Of a stretch of 64,000 bases of DNA, positions 1 through 9,513 are shown piece by piece. The stretch lies in the sequence record MW735835.1, one strand, 5' to 3'. How positions within the stretch are numbered: position 1 is the first letter of the stretch; each line of letters starts with the position of its first letter. The notes under the pieces were generated by a model, which searched no databases, was not told the DNA's origin, and saw only the letters and a program-made list of their open reading frames with translations. The translations under genes and the position numbers were made by a program.

Positions 1-210
1 GAGGGCCTGACCTAGTGCCGGATTGTTGGTGTTGGCTCCAGCCGGATAGAGGCGGAGTTTAACGCTTTCGGCATAAAACGGGCCACTGCGCGGAATGATG
101 TAATAATGGTCGAACATCCCACGAGATTGGATCTGTTGGGTTTCGACCACCTTATTCGTCGCCGCAGTCCCCGTCGGATCGAAAGGGTATTGTGGAAGGA
201 CAGTACTCAT
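1..210 (-). CDS. Virion structural protein, phiKZ-family tail/baseplate type (partial, runs off left edge)
   Basis: Not in the ORF track. The minus strand from ATG at 210 reads MSTVLPQYPFDPTGTAATNKVVETQ...YIIPRSGPFY with a GGAGAG SD upstream. I recall the YPFDPTG...IIP..GPFY pattern from phiKZ-like tail-associated proteins. Confidence 0.65.
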   Translation of the reverse strand, partial: MSTVLPQYPFDPTGTAATNKVVETQQIQSRGMFDHYYIIPRSGPFYAESVKLRLYPAGANTNNPALGQAL

Positions 211-324
211 TTAAGCTCTCCGTGGGGGAACTCCATCGGTTTCAAATAGCCGCGTGGAAGGCCTCGAAATCTGAGTCATTCTTTAAAAACAAAGTCTGTT
301 TAATATTGGATATCAAACAACTGG

Positions 325-333
325 CATACCATT
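325..333 (-). promoter_or_regulatory. Candidate late promoter AATGGTATG
   Basis: Same 9-mer at 7095-7103 (-) and 46468-46476 (+), each upstream of virion genes in a divergent gap; phiKZ late promoters carry TATG. Confidence 0.5.
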
Positions 334-352
334 ATCGTGGGAGACTCGATAA

Positions 353-1654
353 ATGTACGAATACCAAGGCGCTTTGGTCAAGCACCGTAAGCCTGACGTC
401 CGCTTTGAAGAAAAGGACGTGAAGGATATCGCGGTCAAGACCCTCCTGCGTGATTATGCCGAGGTCTACCTCACCCTGACTCATCCGAGTCTGGAAGGGA
501 AACACACCCTCGTGTTGACCGAAGTGGCAGACCGGACAGGCAGCCTTCTCGAAACCACCACCGTAGCGCAGTGGTTGGTCGATAACGGCAATCTGACCCT
601 GCCCACGCACGAAGGAATCCCATTCACCAAGACCAGTGTCGTCATGGCGCGTGATGCCTGGATGGCAGGGTATCGGGTGGATCGCTGCATCCCCAATGGT
701 TCTCCGTTCAACGACGCCATTGACTCGGACAAGACCGACATCTGGCTGACTCGCGACGACACCGACTACGTGGATGTCCAACGCCACTGCTTGGGCACAG
801 TCAACGGCCTGTTCCACCGGGTGGATGCAGACAACGATGGCGTCTACCTGAAAGACGGCGGTATCACGTTCCGTAAAACCCAGAACGCGCTGGTCGGTCT
901 GGTGAGTTTCAAGAACATCGGTCGAGTGCACACTGCCAGCATCACGCCGGACATGGTGTACAACCCCGACATCACCAAGCGTTACTCGGACAACTTCTAC
1001 CTGAAGGTCCCGTTCGACACCAGCAACAAGGTAATGGGCATCGTGATCGGTGGTTACCTGCATCTGCACACCAACGACATCCAAGTCATCGGCGGCAATG
1101 CGATGAAGGTACGCATGAACAAGATCCCGTTCCTGGATCGTTACATGGTTTCGCGCTACCTGATCGACCAGTCGTCTATGGAACGCTTCCACGAGGTGTC
1201 GGCCACCAACGAATTGGACTATGACCTGCAAGGGTTCCTGTCCAATGAATGCATGTTGGAACTGTTGACCCTGAGTCAGTCGTTCATCGTTGGTATCGAA
1301 GTGGATCATCTGACCACCAAGGTGTTCCAGACCTCGCGCACTCATCTGCCGGGTCGGTTCTACCATGACCAACGTCCCCTGCTGCCGCTGCGTACCCAAC
1401 TGGGCCTGATGCCCTCGTACATCAGTGAAGAAGAGAACGGTGTCTGGGTTATCCGGGTGGACAACAACCTGCAACAACACCGCTTCATGAACACCCGTGA
1501 TTACAGCCTCCAACCCAAGGTCGATGAGAAACGCATCTCCTCGGAACCGGAGACGCTGGCCCGCGGCGAACTCGTACAGTGGGCAACCCACACGGTCGAG
1601 ATCAAGGTTCCTGAAGTGCAAGTCCCGGCAGACATCCTGCCAATCGTGCCCTAA
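353..1654 (+). CDS. Hypothetical protein, probably virion-associated (433 aa)
   Basis: Long ORF with phage-typical C/G third positions, GGGAGA SD, followed by a hairpin; lies among tail tip genes. Confidence 0.75.
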   Translation: MYEYQGALVKHRKPDVRFEEKDVKDIAVKTLLRDYAEVYLTLTHPSLEGKHTLVLTEVADRTGSLLETTTVAQWLVDNGNLTLPTHEGIPFTKTSVVMARDAWMAGYRVDRCIPNGSPFNDAIDSDKTDIWLTRDDTDYVDVQRHCLGTVNGLFHRVDADNDGVYLKDGGITFRKTQNALVGLVSFKNIGRVHTASITPDMVYNPDITKRYSDNFYLKVPFDTSNKVMGIVIGGYLHLHTNDIQVIGGNAMKVRMNKIPFLDRYMVSRYLIDQSSMERFHEVSATNELDYDLQGFLSNECMLELLTLSQSFIVGIEVDHLTTKVFQTSRTHLPGRFYHDQRPLLPLRTQLGLMPSYISEEENGVWVIRVDNNLQQHRFMNTRDYSLQPKVDEKRISSEPETLARGELVQWATHTVEIKVPEVQVPADILPIVP

Positions 1655-1661
1655 CGGCAAA

Positions 1662-1689
1662 AGAGGAGGGCCAGTGGCCCTCCTCTATG
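1662..1689. terminator. Convergent hairpin with TATG flank
   Basis: AGAGGAGGGCCA-G-TGGCCCTCCTCT then ATGCTG, between the convergent ends at 1654 and 1695. Confidence 0.7.
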
Positions 1690-1694
1690 CTGTC

Positions 1695-1958
1695 TTACGG
1701 GATGTCCATATCACTGGAGCCTGTGGCTCCGTGGCCGCACGAGGCGACGCTTCCGACCCGAGTCACGGGAATGCCATTGATCGTCATCCAAGGACTTGCT
1801 GTGGAGATTACAGGGGCGTTGTGAGGGGGTTGTCCGTGGCCACTGACGCCATCACCCAGCAACGAGATGGGTTTACCGTTCCAGGTCCAATTGGGAGCGC
1901 CTGGTCCAGTGATCACAGCGCCAGCAGAGTCGGCTCCGACTAACGATACGATGCCCAT
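1695..1958 (-). CDS. PAAR-like tail spike tip protein (87 aa)
   Basis: MGIVSLVGADSAGAVITGPGAPNWTWNGKPISLLGD...GHGQPPH...INGIPVTRVGSVASCGH: PAAR-type repeats with His/Cys metal ligands. TGATG overlap with the spike stop at 1958-1960. Confidence 0.85.
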   Translation of the reverse strand: MGIVSLVGADSAGAVITGPGAPNWTWNGKPISLLGDGVSGHGQPPHNAPVISTASPWMTINGIPVTRVGSVASCGHGATGSSDMDIP

Positions 1959-2755
1959 CAGCTCATCCCTTTGAAGGTTGGCGTTACGAGAGTGGTGCCG
2001 CTCGCTTCCAAGGTGAAGACACTGCCTCCACCATTCAAAGTGATCTTCATCGCCTTGACATCGACGTTCTGATCGGCCTTGAGGAATATGTTCTGCGGAG
2101 CGTACCCGTTGATGTTGCGCTTGTTCAGCTCGAAGAATGTGCCCAGTTGGTTCATCAACTTGATGTGCACGTCCTTGGAATTGATGAAGCCGTAGTTGCC
2201 GAGGTTGTCCTGCGCGACGATCTTGCCATTGCCAGCGTCGATCTGAAGATCGTAGGTACAGTACTCGCCATTCATCTGGCTGGTGCTGATCGTGATGGTC
2301 TTGGAGTGGCTGGACCATTCGATGAAGTACATGTGTTCCGGGTCATCACCGGCCTGTTCCACCGCAGGGTTGGCATTGATGCCGAAGACTACGGTTTCCA
2401 GACGACGCAGGTTCTCATCGAGGTTCTGACAGCGCCAGTAGTACTTGTCGTTGCTACCGAATTGGTACAGGTCGATTCGTTCACCCCGACGTACGTTCGG
2501 CGGGGTCTTGCGGTTACCTTCTGGCAACCAGATGGCTGGGACAGTCTGCCCGACAAAGCTCTGACCAGCGGTTTCTTTACCTTCCAGGTTCTGGCCTTGG
2601 TACTCCAGGGTATCTACGCGATCGACGGTCTCGCCGTCTTGGAACCCCAGCTTCTCGTGGGAGTTGACCATGAGTTCGCGTGAACCCATCTTGAGGTTCT
2701 CGGCAGCAGTGCCGATGGCAACCCGCCGGAACATACTGACACCGTTATCGAACAT
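1958..2755 (-). CDS. Baseplate central spike (T4 gp5 / phiKZ gp164-like)
   Basis: OB-fold-like N-terminus (PPNVRRGERIDLYQF..YYW) and a beta-rich repetitive C-terminus; translationally coupled to PAAR. Confidence 0.75.
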   Translation of the reverse strand: MFDNGVSMFRRVAIGTAAENLKMGSRELMVNSHEKLGFQDGETVDRVDTLEYQGQNLEGKETAGQSFVGQTVPAIWLPEGNRKTPPNVRRGERIDLYQFGSNDKYYWRCQNLDENLRRLETVVFGINANPAVEQAGDDPEHMYFIEWSSHSKTITISTSQMNGEYCTYDLQIDAGNGKIVAQDNLGNYGFINSKDVHIKLMNQLGTFFELNKRNINGYAPQNIFLKADQNVDVKAMKITLNGGGSVFTLEASGTTLVTPTFKGMS

Positions 2756-2820
2756 AACAACCTCTTGTTTAACAAAACAGTACGGACCTATCCTACAGAA
2801 TTAGGGGAAGGACTCTATCA

Positions 2821-5289
2821 ATGTTTATCTCTGAGTTAGTCTTGCACAGGTGCAGACGCTTTTATCTGAAGGGGATTGAGACGCTCAAGATAGACCCGTC
2901 CTTGAAAACTCAGATCATCCTGGGTACCAACGGATCGGGCAAGTCGAGCTTGCTCAAGATCGGTTTCACTGTGCTCCCTGCTGATGCACGAGACTTCCTG
3001 AAAGGGGGGTATAAGTACATCAAGGTGCTGCACAATGGCCGAGTGTACGAACTCAAGAACAGCTTCGAAGGTAAATCGCCTACCCACAGTTTCATTGTGG
3101 ACGGTGAGGAACTGAACGAAGGCATGACCGGTGCGGTACAACGCGAACTGGTCCGTGAGCACTTTGGCATGACTCAGGAACTGCACCAGGTTCTGTCTGG
3201 TCAATTGAAGTTCACTGAGATGAACGCCATCCAGCGCCGTGAGTGGATCACCCTCTTGTCGTCTGCTGACTTCGAGTACGTGATCAAACTACATGGTCGT
3301 ATCAAGCGAGCCGTGCGCGATACCAACGCGGTCATCAAGCACCTGTCGGGTCGTCTGGTCAATGAATCGGCCAAGAAGGTCGATGAAGCCACTTTCAACA
3401 GCCTGCGTCGTCAGTCCCAAGAGGTCTACGATAAGCTGATGTCGTTGCACCAGCATTCCAAGCGTGAAGGGCTGCCGGATACGTTCGACTACTACAACCG
3501 TGAGTACCACAGCCTCTCTGCGGAGATCGAGTCCCTGCTGCACCATGCTTCTGCATTGAAGTCGGAAGTCCCGGTGATCGTCAAGGACACGGACAACGAT
3601 GCAGTCATCGCATTGAAGGACAGTCTGCGTACTCGGGTCCAGATGCTCGAAGCGGCCTTGCACGAAGTCTCCGATCGTCACCAAGAGATCGACAAGCAGT
3701 TGCACGACCTCAGCGAGCTGGAAGATGTAGACCCGGTCATGCTGGAAGAGCAGATCATGGCCTACACGGACCACTTGCTCGAACTCAAGGGAAAGTTCCG
3801 TACCAGCAGCGACAGCACCAAGTTGCCTAACCACGAGTACTGCTTCGCCACCATCCGTGAAACGATGGACCTGCTGCATGACGTGGTGATCGCAGACGCA
3901 TCTTACCTGGACCGCAATGTCCATGTGGAGAAGCAACGTGAGTTGTCCGAACTCCAGAACAACATGATGAAGGGTCAGTCCCGCATCGGTGAGCTAGAGT
4001 ACCGACTGGACCACATCCGCAACTGCGCCAGCGTGCAATGCCCGAACTGCAACCATTCTTTCAAGGAAGGGGTGTCGGGTAACGAGGAAAGTGAGATCCG
4101 GCAGTTGCTGGAGAAGGGCTATTCCTTCCGCCGCAATACGGAAGAGAAGATCGCATCGATCACGTCATGGATGCGTGAAGCTCACGCCATTGGCGAAGTG
4201 ATGTATACCCTCCAGAACCTACGGGATCATAACCCAGACCTGTCACAACTCTGGTACCTCATCACCACCAACGGTGGCTTTGAGGCAGGGCGTGCCCTGA
4301 TCCCGTTGTGCAACGACTTCATTGGTGACGTGAAGAACAACCTCGCCATCATTGAAGCCGAACGTGAACTCAAGCCGTTGTTAGAACGGCGTCAGCAATT
4401 GCAACAGGCTGATGGTTCCACGCACCTTCGGGAAGTGGCACACAGCCTGAGTGAACGGGTGGTCGATCTGAAGGGTCACCTCATCGATGCACGTGAGACC
4501 TTAAAGGAAGTCGAGGCGTTCCACGTCAAGATGACCGAATCGCGTCAGATCTCGCAAGCCGTTGAGATGGGCATGGCCCGACTGAACGAGCTGATGGACT
4601 CCATGGTCAAGTTCGTGGCCGTGGAAGAGATCGAAGCCCAGGTCAAGCGTCATCAGGTGCAGCTCGGTATGCTGGAGCAATCCCTGGCCGAAGCTGAAGT
4701 GCAGATGGGCATCGTCAATGACCTCAACCGTTCCTTGGAAGAGGCTCGGGATGAAGAGGAAGCCCTGATCGAATTGGAGAAGCTGCTGTCCCCGAAAGAC
4801 GGCATCATCGCTGAGCAGATCCTGGTCTTCATCAACACCTTCATTGGCGCCATCAACGATGTCATTGCGAAGGTGTGGGGTTACAACCTTGCACTGGACA
4901 CCTGCAACCTCGAAGAAGGTGAGCTGGATTACAAGTTCCCGATGTACATCCACAACACCGACAACATGATCGATGACATTCGCTTCGGTTCCGACAGTCA
5001 GATAGACATCGTTAACCAAGCGTTCGTCCTGGTCGTGTACCAGTTCCTGGAGCTACAGGGGTATCCTCTGTACCTCGACGAGCTGGGTCGTACCTTTGAC
5101 GAAGTGCATCGACTCAACCTGACGCTCGCGCTGAAGGACCTGATGGACGATGAGACCTACTCGCAGGTGTTCTTCATCAGTCACTCGTTCGAAAGCCAGA
5201 ACAGCTACCCCAATAGCCAGCTGGTGGTGATTGATGACTCGCATGTGTCCCTCAAACGGACATACAACGAGCATGTGGAGATCCTGTAA
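2821..5289 (+). CDS. sbcC: SbcC/Rad50-like SMC ATPase
   Basis: Walker A GTNGSGKSS, long coiled coil with CPNC zinc hook, Walker B LYLDELG, H-loop FISH. Confidence 0.92.
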   Translation: MFISELVLHRCRRFYLKGIETLKIDPSLKTQIILGTNGSGKSSLLKIGFTVLPADARDFLKGGYKYIKVLHNGRVYELKNSFEGKSPTHSFIVDGEELNEGMTGAVQRELVREHFGMTQELHQVLSGQLKFTEMNAIQRREWITLLSSADFEYVIKLHGRIKRAVRDTNAVIKHLSGRLVNESAKKVDEATFNSLRRQSQEVYDKLMSLHQHSKREGLPDTFDYYNREYHSLSAEIESLLHHASALKSEVPVIVKDTDNDAVIALKDSLRTRVQMLEAALHEVSDRHQEIDKQLHDLSELEDVDPVMLEEQIMAYTDHLLELKGKFRTSSDSTKLPNHEYCFATIRETMDLLHDVVIADASYLDRNVHVEKQRELSELQNNMMKGQSRIGELEYRLDHIRNCASVQCPNCNHSFKEGVSGNEESEIRQLLEKGYSFRRNTEEKIASITSWMREAHAIGEVMYTLQNLRDHNPDLSQLWYLITTNGGFEAGRALIPLCNDFIGDVKNNLAIIEAERELKPLLERRQQLQQADGSTHLREVAHSLSERVVDLKGHLIDARETLKEVEAFHVKMTESRQISQAVEMGMARLNELMDSMVKFVAVEEIEAQVKRHQVQLGMLEQSLAEAEVQMGIVNDLNRSLEEARDEEEALIELEKLLSPKDGIIAEQILVFINTFIGAINDVIAKVWGYNLALDTCNLEEGELDYKFPMYIHNTDNMIDDIRFGSDSQIDIVNQAFVLVVYQFLELQGYPLYLDELGRTFDEVHRLNLTLALKDLMDDETYSQVFFISHSFESQNSYPNSQLVVIDDSHVSLKRTYNEHVEIL

Positions 5290-5636
5290 TGAAAGCGCAG
5301 ATCGACAAACGCACGCTGAAGTTCTACATCGGCGCGGCAACCACTGGAGAAGGGCCGGGTAAGTGGACCTGGCCTGGACGTGACTTACCGTTCCTGTACC
5401 AGCGGGAGTGGAACATCAATTCCAGTTGCTCCATTGAGCCCGACCTCGACACCTGGAAGAAATACGGGTGTGTGGTAGCGTTCATCTATGGACAAGGCCT
5501 GCGCTTGATGAAGTTCGATGAGTTCTTCACTCACTTCGGTGAGGCTGAGGCAACGGAGATGCTTTCGAAGTCGCGTGGGACGTACCTCAAGGAGTCTAAG
5601 GACGAAATCCTCGACACCCTGGGCTGTCCTCGATGA
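5289..5636 (+). CDS. Hypothetical protein (115 aa)
   Basis: TAATG coupling to sbcC; ends at a hairpin. Confidence 0.7.
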   Translation: MKAQIDKRTLKFYIGAATTGEGPGKWTWPGRDLPFLYQREWNINSSCSIEPDLDTWKKYGCVVAFIYGQGLRLMKFDEFFTHFGEAEATEMLSKSRGTYLKESKDEILDTLGCPR

Positions 5637-5642
5637 AGCAAA

Positions 5643-5674
5643 CATACGGGAGGGGCACTAGCCCCTCCCGTATG
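5643..5674. terminator. Convergent CATA...TATG hairpin
   Basis: CATACGGGAGGGGC-ACTA-GCCCCTCCCGTATG between convergent genes. Confidence 0.75.
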
Positions 5675-5679
5675 CTGCG

Positions 5680-7056
5680 TTACTCCAGTTCAGGCTCGCC
5701 AGTACCGCCACCCAGGGACTCGTCGTTATACGAGTACTTGGAAGCAACGATCAACTGGAAACGATCCAGGGTGTAGGAGACGTACAGCACGCCGTCTCGG
5801 ACCAAACGAGTGAACTTCACCGGTACGGCCGAGTCAGGGGTCATCTCTTCAGCTACAGTCAGCATTTCTGCCAGTGCGAGCACGAAGCGACGGGTCTCCG
5901 GATTCATCCGCATGAAATCGAGCGAGGTCGAGTCCACGTTGATGTAATCGTAGTACCGCTGAACGAACGAGGTGATACCATCACGGTTGTGCGGACCACC
6001 TGCTACGGTGACGGTGATGGCCTTGTGGCTGGCACCGAACACTTCAGCGTTGCTGTCGAGGTATTCCTCGGTGTAACCCTCACCCTTGACCAGGCGCTTG
6101 AGCTGCGCCTTACCGGCGTTCATGTTGGTCACGGAGCTGTACAGGCCTGCTTCCAGTTCCCGGTTGGGAATGGAGTAGTTGCCCCACAGTGGAACGAACA
6201 CGAACTCGGTGGAGGTGAAGATCTCCGGGAAGATCTCAGCCCACTCTTCCTTGGTGTGAGTCGAGTTGTCCAGGATGTAATCCCGGATGGCCTCTTTGAT
6301 CGCATCGACGTTGTTACCGGCGATGCCGTAGATCATCGGAGTCCAGTAGGTTGCGATGCGGCGGGTCTTATCCGTCGGGTCGGTCGGGTCGAACCACTCG
6401 TACATCGGACCGCTGATGTAGGTCTCAGGATAGACTTCCTGAATTTCCTGCACCCGGGCCATCTTCAGCTCATGGGTGAAATCGGCCAGGGCCGTGATCA
6501 CCGCAGTCCGCCCCAGGAAGAACACGTCCAGCTCTTGTACCGGCGGTACCACTTCGATGTGGTACTCGTCGTACTGCTGTTCGAAGGTTTCCGAGGCGAA
6601 CCACAGCTTGTACTGGAGGGTGTCATTGGCGATCGCATGGATCTCGATGACACCCGGCAGCCAGAGGTTCTGACCACCTTGCACCATTTGCCCGACACTG
6701 TGGATCGAGTACTTGGTGCCCCATTGTTGGATGAACGCAGTGCGGAAAGATTCAGCACTGGCAGTGAACTGGCCTGCCAAGGCCCGCTCATACGCCCACT
6801 TGCTCACCAGCAGCAGTTCGCCAGCCAGCACAGGGTTGGTCTGCTCGGCAACACCTTCGCGTTTGCTCGAGAATACGACCAGGGTATGGCCCGGCGCAGA
6901 GGCCGAGTTCAACTTCTCTTTGTTGCGACCATATGTCCATGCCCGATCGGAGAGTTCCCCAATCGGGGAGACTACATCGACCGTGTTGTCGATCAACGCG
7001 GCGATCTGGCAAAAAGCCTTCAGTTTATACATTTCACTCTCCGTTCGGATTGCCAC
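5680..7056 (-). CDS. Putative virion structural protein (458 aa)
   Basis: Long coding-biased ORF, GTG start, late-type motif upstream; syntenic with a structural gene near RNase H in phiKZ-like phages (from memory). Confidence 0.65.
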   Translation of the reverse strand: MAIRTESEMYKLKAFCQIAALIDNTVDVVSPIGELSDRAWTYGRNKEKLNSASAPGHTLVVFSSKREGVAEQTNPVLAGELLLVSKWAYERALAGQFTASAESFRTAFIQQWGTKYSIHSVGQMVQGGQNLWLPGVIEIHAIANDTLQYKLWFASETFEQQYDEYHIEVVPPVQELDVFFLGRTAVITALADFTHELKMARVQEIQEVYPETYISGPMYEWFDPTDPTDKTRRIATYWTPMIYGIAGNNVDAIKEAIRDYILDNSTHTKEEWAEIFPEIFTSTEFVFVPLWGNYSIPNRELEAGLYSSVTNMNAGKAQLKRLVKGEGYTEEYLDSNAEVFGASHKAITVTVAGGPHNRDGITSFVQRYYDYINVDSTSLDFMRMNPETRRFVLALAEMLTVAEEMTPDSAVPVKFTRLVRDGVLYVSYTLDRFQLIVASKYSYNDESLGGGTGEPELE

Positions 7057-7094
7057 TTACTTTATGACAATCGTTAAAGAAAACTCGGAACGTC

Positions 7095-7103
7095 CATACC
7101 ATT
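7095..7103 (-). promoter_or_regulatory. Candidate late promoter AATGGTATG
   Basis: Exact copy of the 325-333 motif, about 40 nt upstream of the 7056 start. Confidence 0.5.
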
Positions 7104-7115
7104 TTAGGGATTAAG

Positions 7116-7571
7116 ATGCAACTTCTGGCATTGTTTAAGGTCATCAAGGCGGCCCTCCTCTTCGTGAGAGAGATTTGGCTCCGCGATCGTACCTTCAGAC
7201 AGTTTGTCCGTGAGAATCTCTCCCTGATCGTGACTTCGTTTGGTTTTGTCATCATGACGATGTTCTTCCTCCATGTGGTAGGCATCGTGAAAGATCAGGA
7301 AGCGCAGCTCGTCGAAAACGAGCACTCCATGGCAGCGCTGAAGAAACAGATCGAGAGCGAAATCCCGTTCCTCAAAGAAAAGTTGGAATGGTACCGCGAT
7401 AGATATTACGAACTGAAAGCCCCCAAGCAACCTGCTAAGGGCAACTCACCAACGGCGCATAAGGAACCCACGCCACCTCCAACCCCGCGACCCAAGCCGG
7501 TAGAGAAGCCGACCATCAATCGCCCGCCATCCAACGACATCCAAGAGCGTTGGAAACGGTTAAGTCAATAG
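7116..7571 (+). CDS. Candidate inner-membrane spanin (i-spanin)
   Basis: One N-proximal hydrophobic helix (LSLIVTSFGFVIMTMFFLHVVGIV), then coiled coil, then Pro-rich tail; immediately upstream of a lipoprotein gene. Confidence 0.5.
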   Translation: MQLLALFKVIKAALLFVREIWLRDRTFRQFVRENLSLIVTSFGFVIMTMFFLHVVGIVKDQEAQLVENEHSMAALKKQIESEIPFLKEKLEWYRDRYYELKAPKQPAKGNSPTAHKEPTPPPTPRPKPVEKPTINRPPSNDIQERWKRLSQ

Positions 7572-7580
7572 GTCCCAACC

Positions 7581-7943
7581 ATGATCGCCAGATTCTTCGA
7601 TGGAAGCAAGGTGTTTTACCTGTTTTGGATTGTGGTATCGCTGGGTTCTTGCACCTACATCCAGACCAACGACAATCGTGTCTTCACCCTGAGCTTGCAG
7701 CCGGATCAGACAGAGTCTGGCTGTGGCGAGTTCAAGCGCAGCATTCACCTGGACCATAAACGGCCCATCTTCCCCAAGGTCGATATAGCGTCCCTGTCCC
7801 CTGACGAAATCAACGACCTATTGATGTCACACACCGAGAAGCTCATCCGCTACCTGGATAATGAGGAGCGATTCCTCCTGGAAGATATCATCCGGCACAA
7901 CCAGAAATGTGCCCCGGACGAGCCCGTAGTTTTTCAGAAATAA
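7581..7943 (+). CDS. Candidate outer-membrane lipoprotein spanin (o-spanin)
   Basis: Signal peptide ending in lipobox-like LGSC (Cys24); two further Cys residues. Confidence 0.55.
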   Translation: MIARFFDGSKVFYLFWIVVSLGSCTYIQTNDNRVFTLSLQPDQTESGCGEFKRSIHLDHKRPIFPKVDIASLSPDEINDLLMSHTEKLIRYLDNEERFLLEDIIRHNQKCAPDEPVVFQK

Positions 7944-8000
7944 TCCGGTGTATCTCATGAGCATTTGCCAAGTGCTAAACAATCAAACAAGGGCGCAGTA

Positions 8001-9503
8001 ATGACCGAGGTCAACAAGGACAATCCGACTGGAGTCGCGTACCACGGGGTATTGTACGCGGACGGTGGATTTTACAGCAGCGAACGCGCTGGGGGGTGGG
8101 GTTTACACGGTTACGTGTACTCAGCGGAGAGTTTGCCGGATAAGGCTAAAGGAAGCGGGGTGCCGGGTTCGACACCAACAGCCAAGGGTTACAGTGATAC
8201 CAAGGATGAAACCAAAGCCGTCAACGTCCTCAACTATATCGACAGTTTCGGTGGGGTGCCTAAGGCATCGAGCAACAACCACACCGAACTGCTAGCCGCG
8301 AAGGAGGCACTCACATACGTCCTTGAGAAGGGCTTGCATCAAACGACTATCTACTCGGATTCCGAGTATGTGGTCAAAGGTGTCAATCAGTATCTCGATC
8401 GCTGGAAGCAAACCGGCTGGCGAAACCGCAATGGCGACGAAGTGTCCAACAAGTCGGACTGGCTCGCTGTGGATTCGTTGCTGACGCAACTGCGCGACAA
8501 CCAGAACCAGGTGACTCTGGCCTGGATCAAAGGCCATAACGGCCACACAGGTAATGAGAAAGCGGATTCGTGGGCAGGTAAGGGTAACTGCATCGGCCTG
8601 AACGGATACGATCTCAGCTTCAAGCTCGAACAACCTCCTGAGGGGTACTGGAAGAGCGTGAGCAACTACAACCGAATGCTGGATCAGCCCAAGTGGTACT
8701 TTAGCTCTGATGCGAAGGAGTGCCGACTCTCTAAGGACGGTCGCCACGTTTACTGGACTGGGCAGCACGGGGACGACGAAGACGTCGCCAAACCTCAATC
8801 TGACTCGAGCAACGCGGTACTGTACCTCAAGGAACAGCTCCCGGTGTTGGAGAAGGTGCGAGAGCACTTTGTTGAGAAAGACCATCACCAAGTAGGACAC
8901 CTATTCGTTGGCGCCTTGCGTAACCTCCTGAATGCAAACGTGGCAGAAGACATCCATCGCTTCGGCCTCAAAGTGTTCAAGGGGAATAAAGCCAACTGGA
9001 GCCTTCAGACCGAGAAGAAAGTACCGGTCGTTCATCATGTCACCCCGACGGGGCTGTCCTTCTACAACGTGGACAACCTCACCAACATGACGGTCATCCT
9101 TGACCAGTTCATGGAAGGGGACAAGTCGGTACTTGTGACCGATTTGACTGACCTACTATATGAAGCCGTGGAAAAGAAAGCTGTGACCACGCGGAAACTA
9201 CGTAAGGAGATCGCCAATACGGTGAAGCACCTGGACGTGTCCGTGGGGTACAACACAGCCTTTGCCCGCGAGCTGAGGGCGATGGAAGACGTCCCGAGAA
9301 AGGTAGCGAAAGTTCGCCTGATCGTGGGGTCTGACATCATTGGTCGAAATGCCCTTGCGGCACTCGCTGAAACCGTAAAGCGAGTGGTGGTCCTTACCTG
9401 GCGTGAATCGGACACGGTCATTCGTTACGCAACGGTGATCGAGACGGAGCACGACATCGGTATTTGGGCTAACCCGTTCGGGAATTTCAAACTGGTGAAC
9501 TAA
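8001..9503 (+). CDS. rnhA: Ribonuclease HI with long C-terminal extension
   Basis: Catalytic motifs YADGG, SNNHTEL, YSDSEYVVKG, WIKGHNGHTGNEKAD. Start at 8001 is preferred over 7965 but is uncertain. Confidence 0.9.
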   Translation: MTEVNKDNPTGVAYHGVLYADGGFYSSERAGGWGLHGYVYSAESLPDKAKGSGVPGSTPTAKGYSDTKDETKAVNVLNYIDSFGGVPKASSNNHTELLAAKEALTYVLEKGLHQTTIYSDSEYVVKGVNQYLDRWKQTGWRNRNGDEVSNKSDWLAVDSLLTQLRDNQNQVTLAWIKGHNGHTGNEKADSWAGKGNCIGLNGYDLSFKLEQPPEGYWKSVSNYNRMLDQPKWYFSSDAKECRLSKDGRHVYWTGQHGDDEDVAKPQSDSSNAVLYLKEQLPVLEKVREHFVEKDHHQVGHLFVGALRNLLNANVAEDIHRFGLKVFKGNKANWSLQTEKKVPVVHHVTPTGLSFYNVDNLTNMTVILDQFMEGDKSVLVTDLTDLLYEAVEKKAVTTRKLRKEIANTVKHLDVSVGYNTAFARELRAMEDVPRKVAKVRLIVGSDIIGRNALAALAETVKRVVVLTWRESDTVIRYATVIETEHDIGIWANPFGNFKLVN

Positions 9504-9513
9504 GGGTTCGGCT

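Noticed and set aside
69-75. CGGCATA copy near the window start
   Set aside because: Inside a coding region with no adjacent hairpin; likely chance.
192-422. 76-aa plus-strand ORF
   Set aside because: Spans an AT-rich divergent promoter gap and overlaps better-supported genes on both sides.
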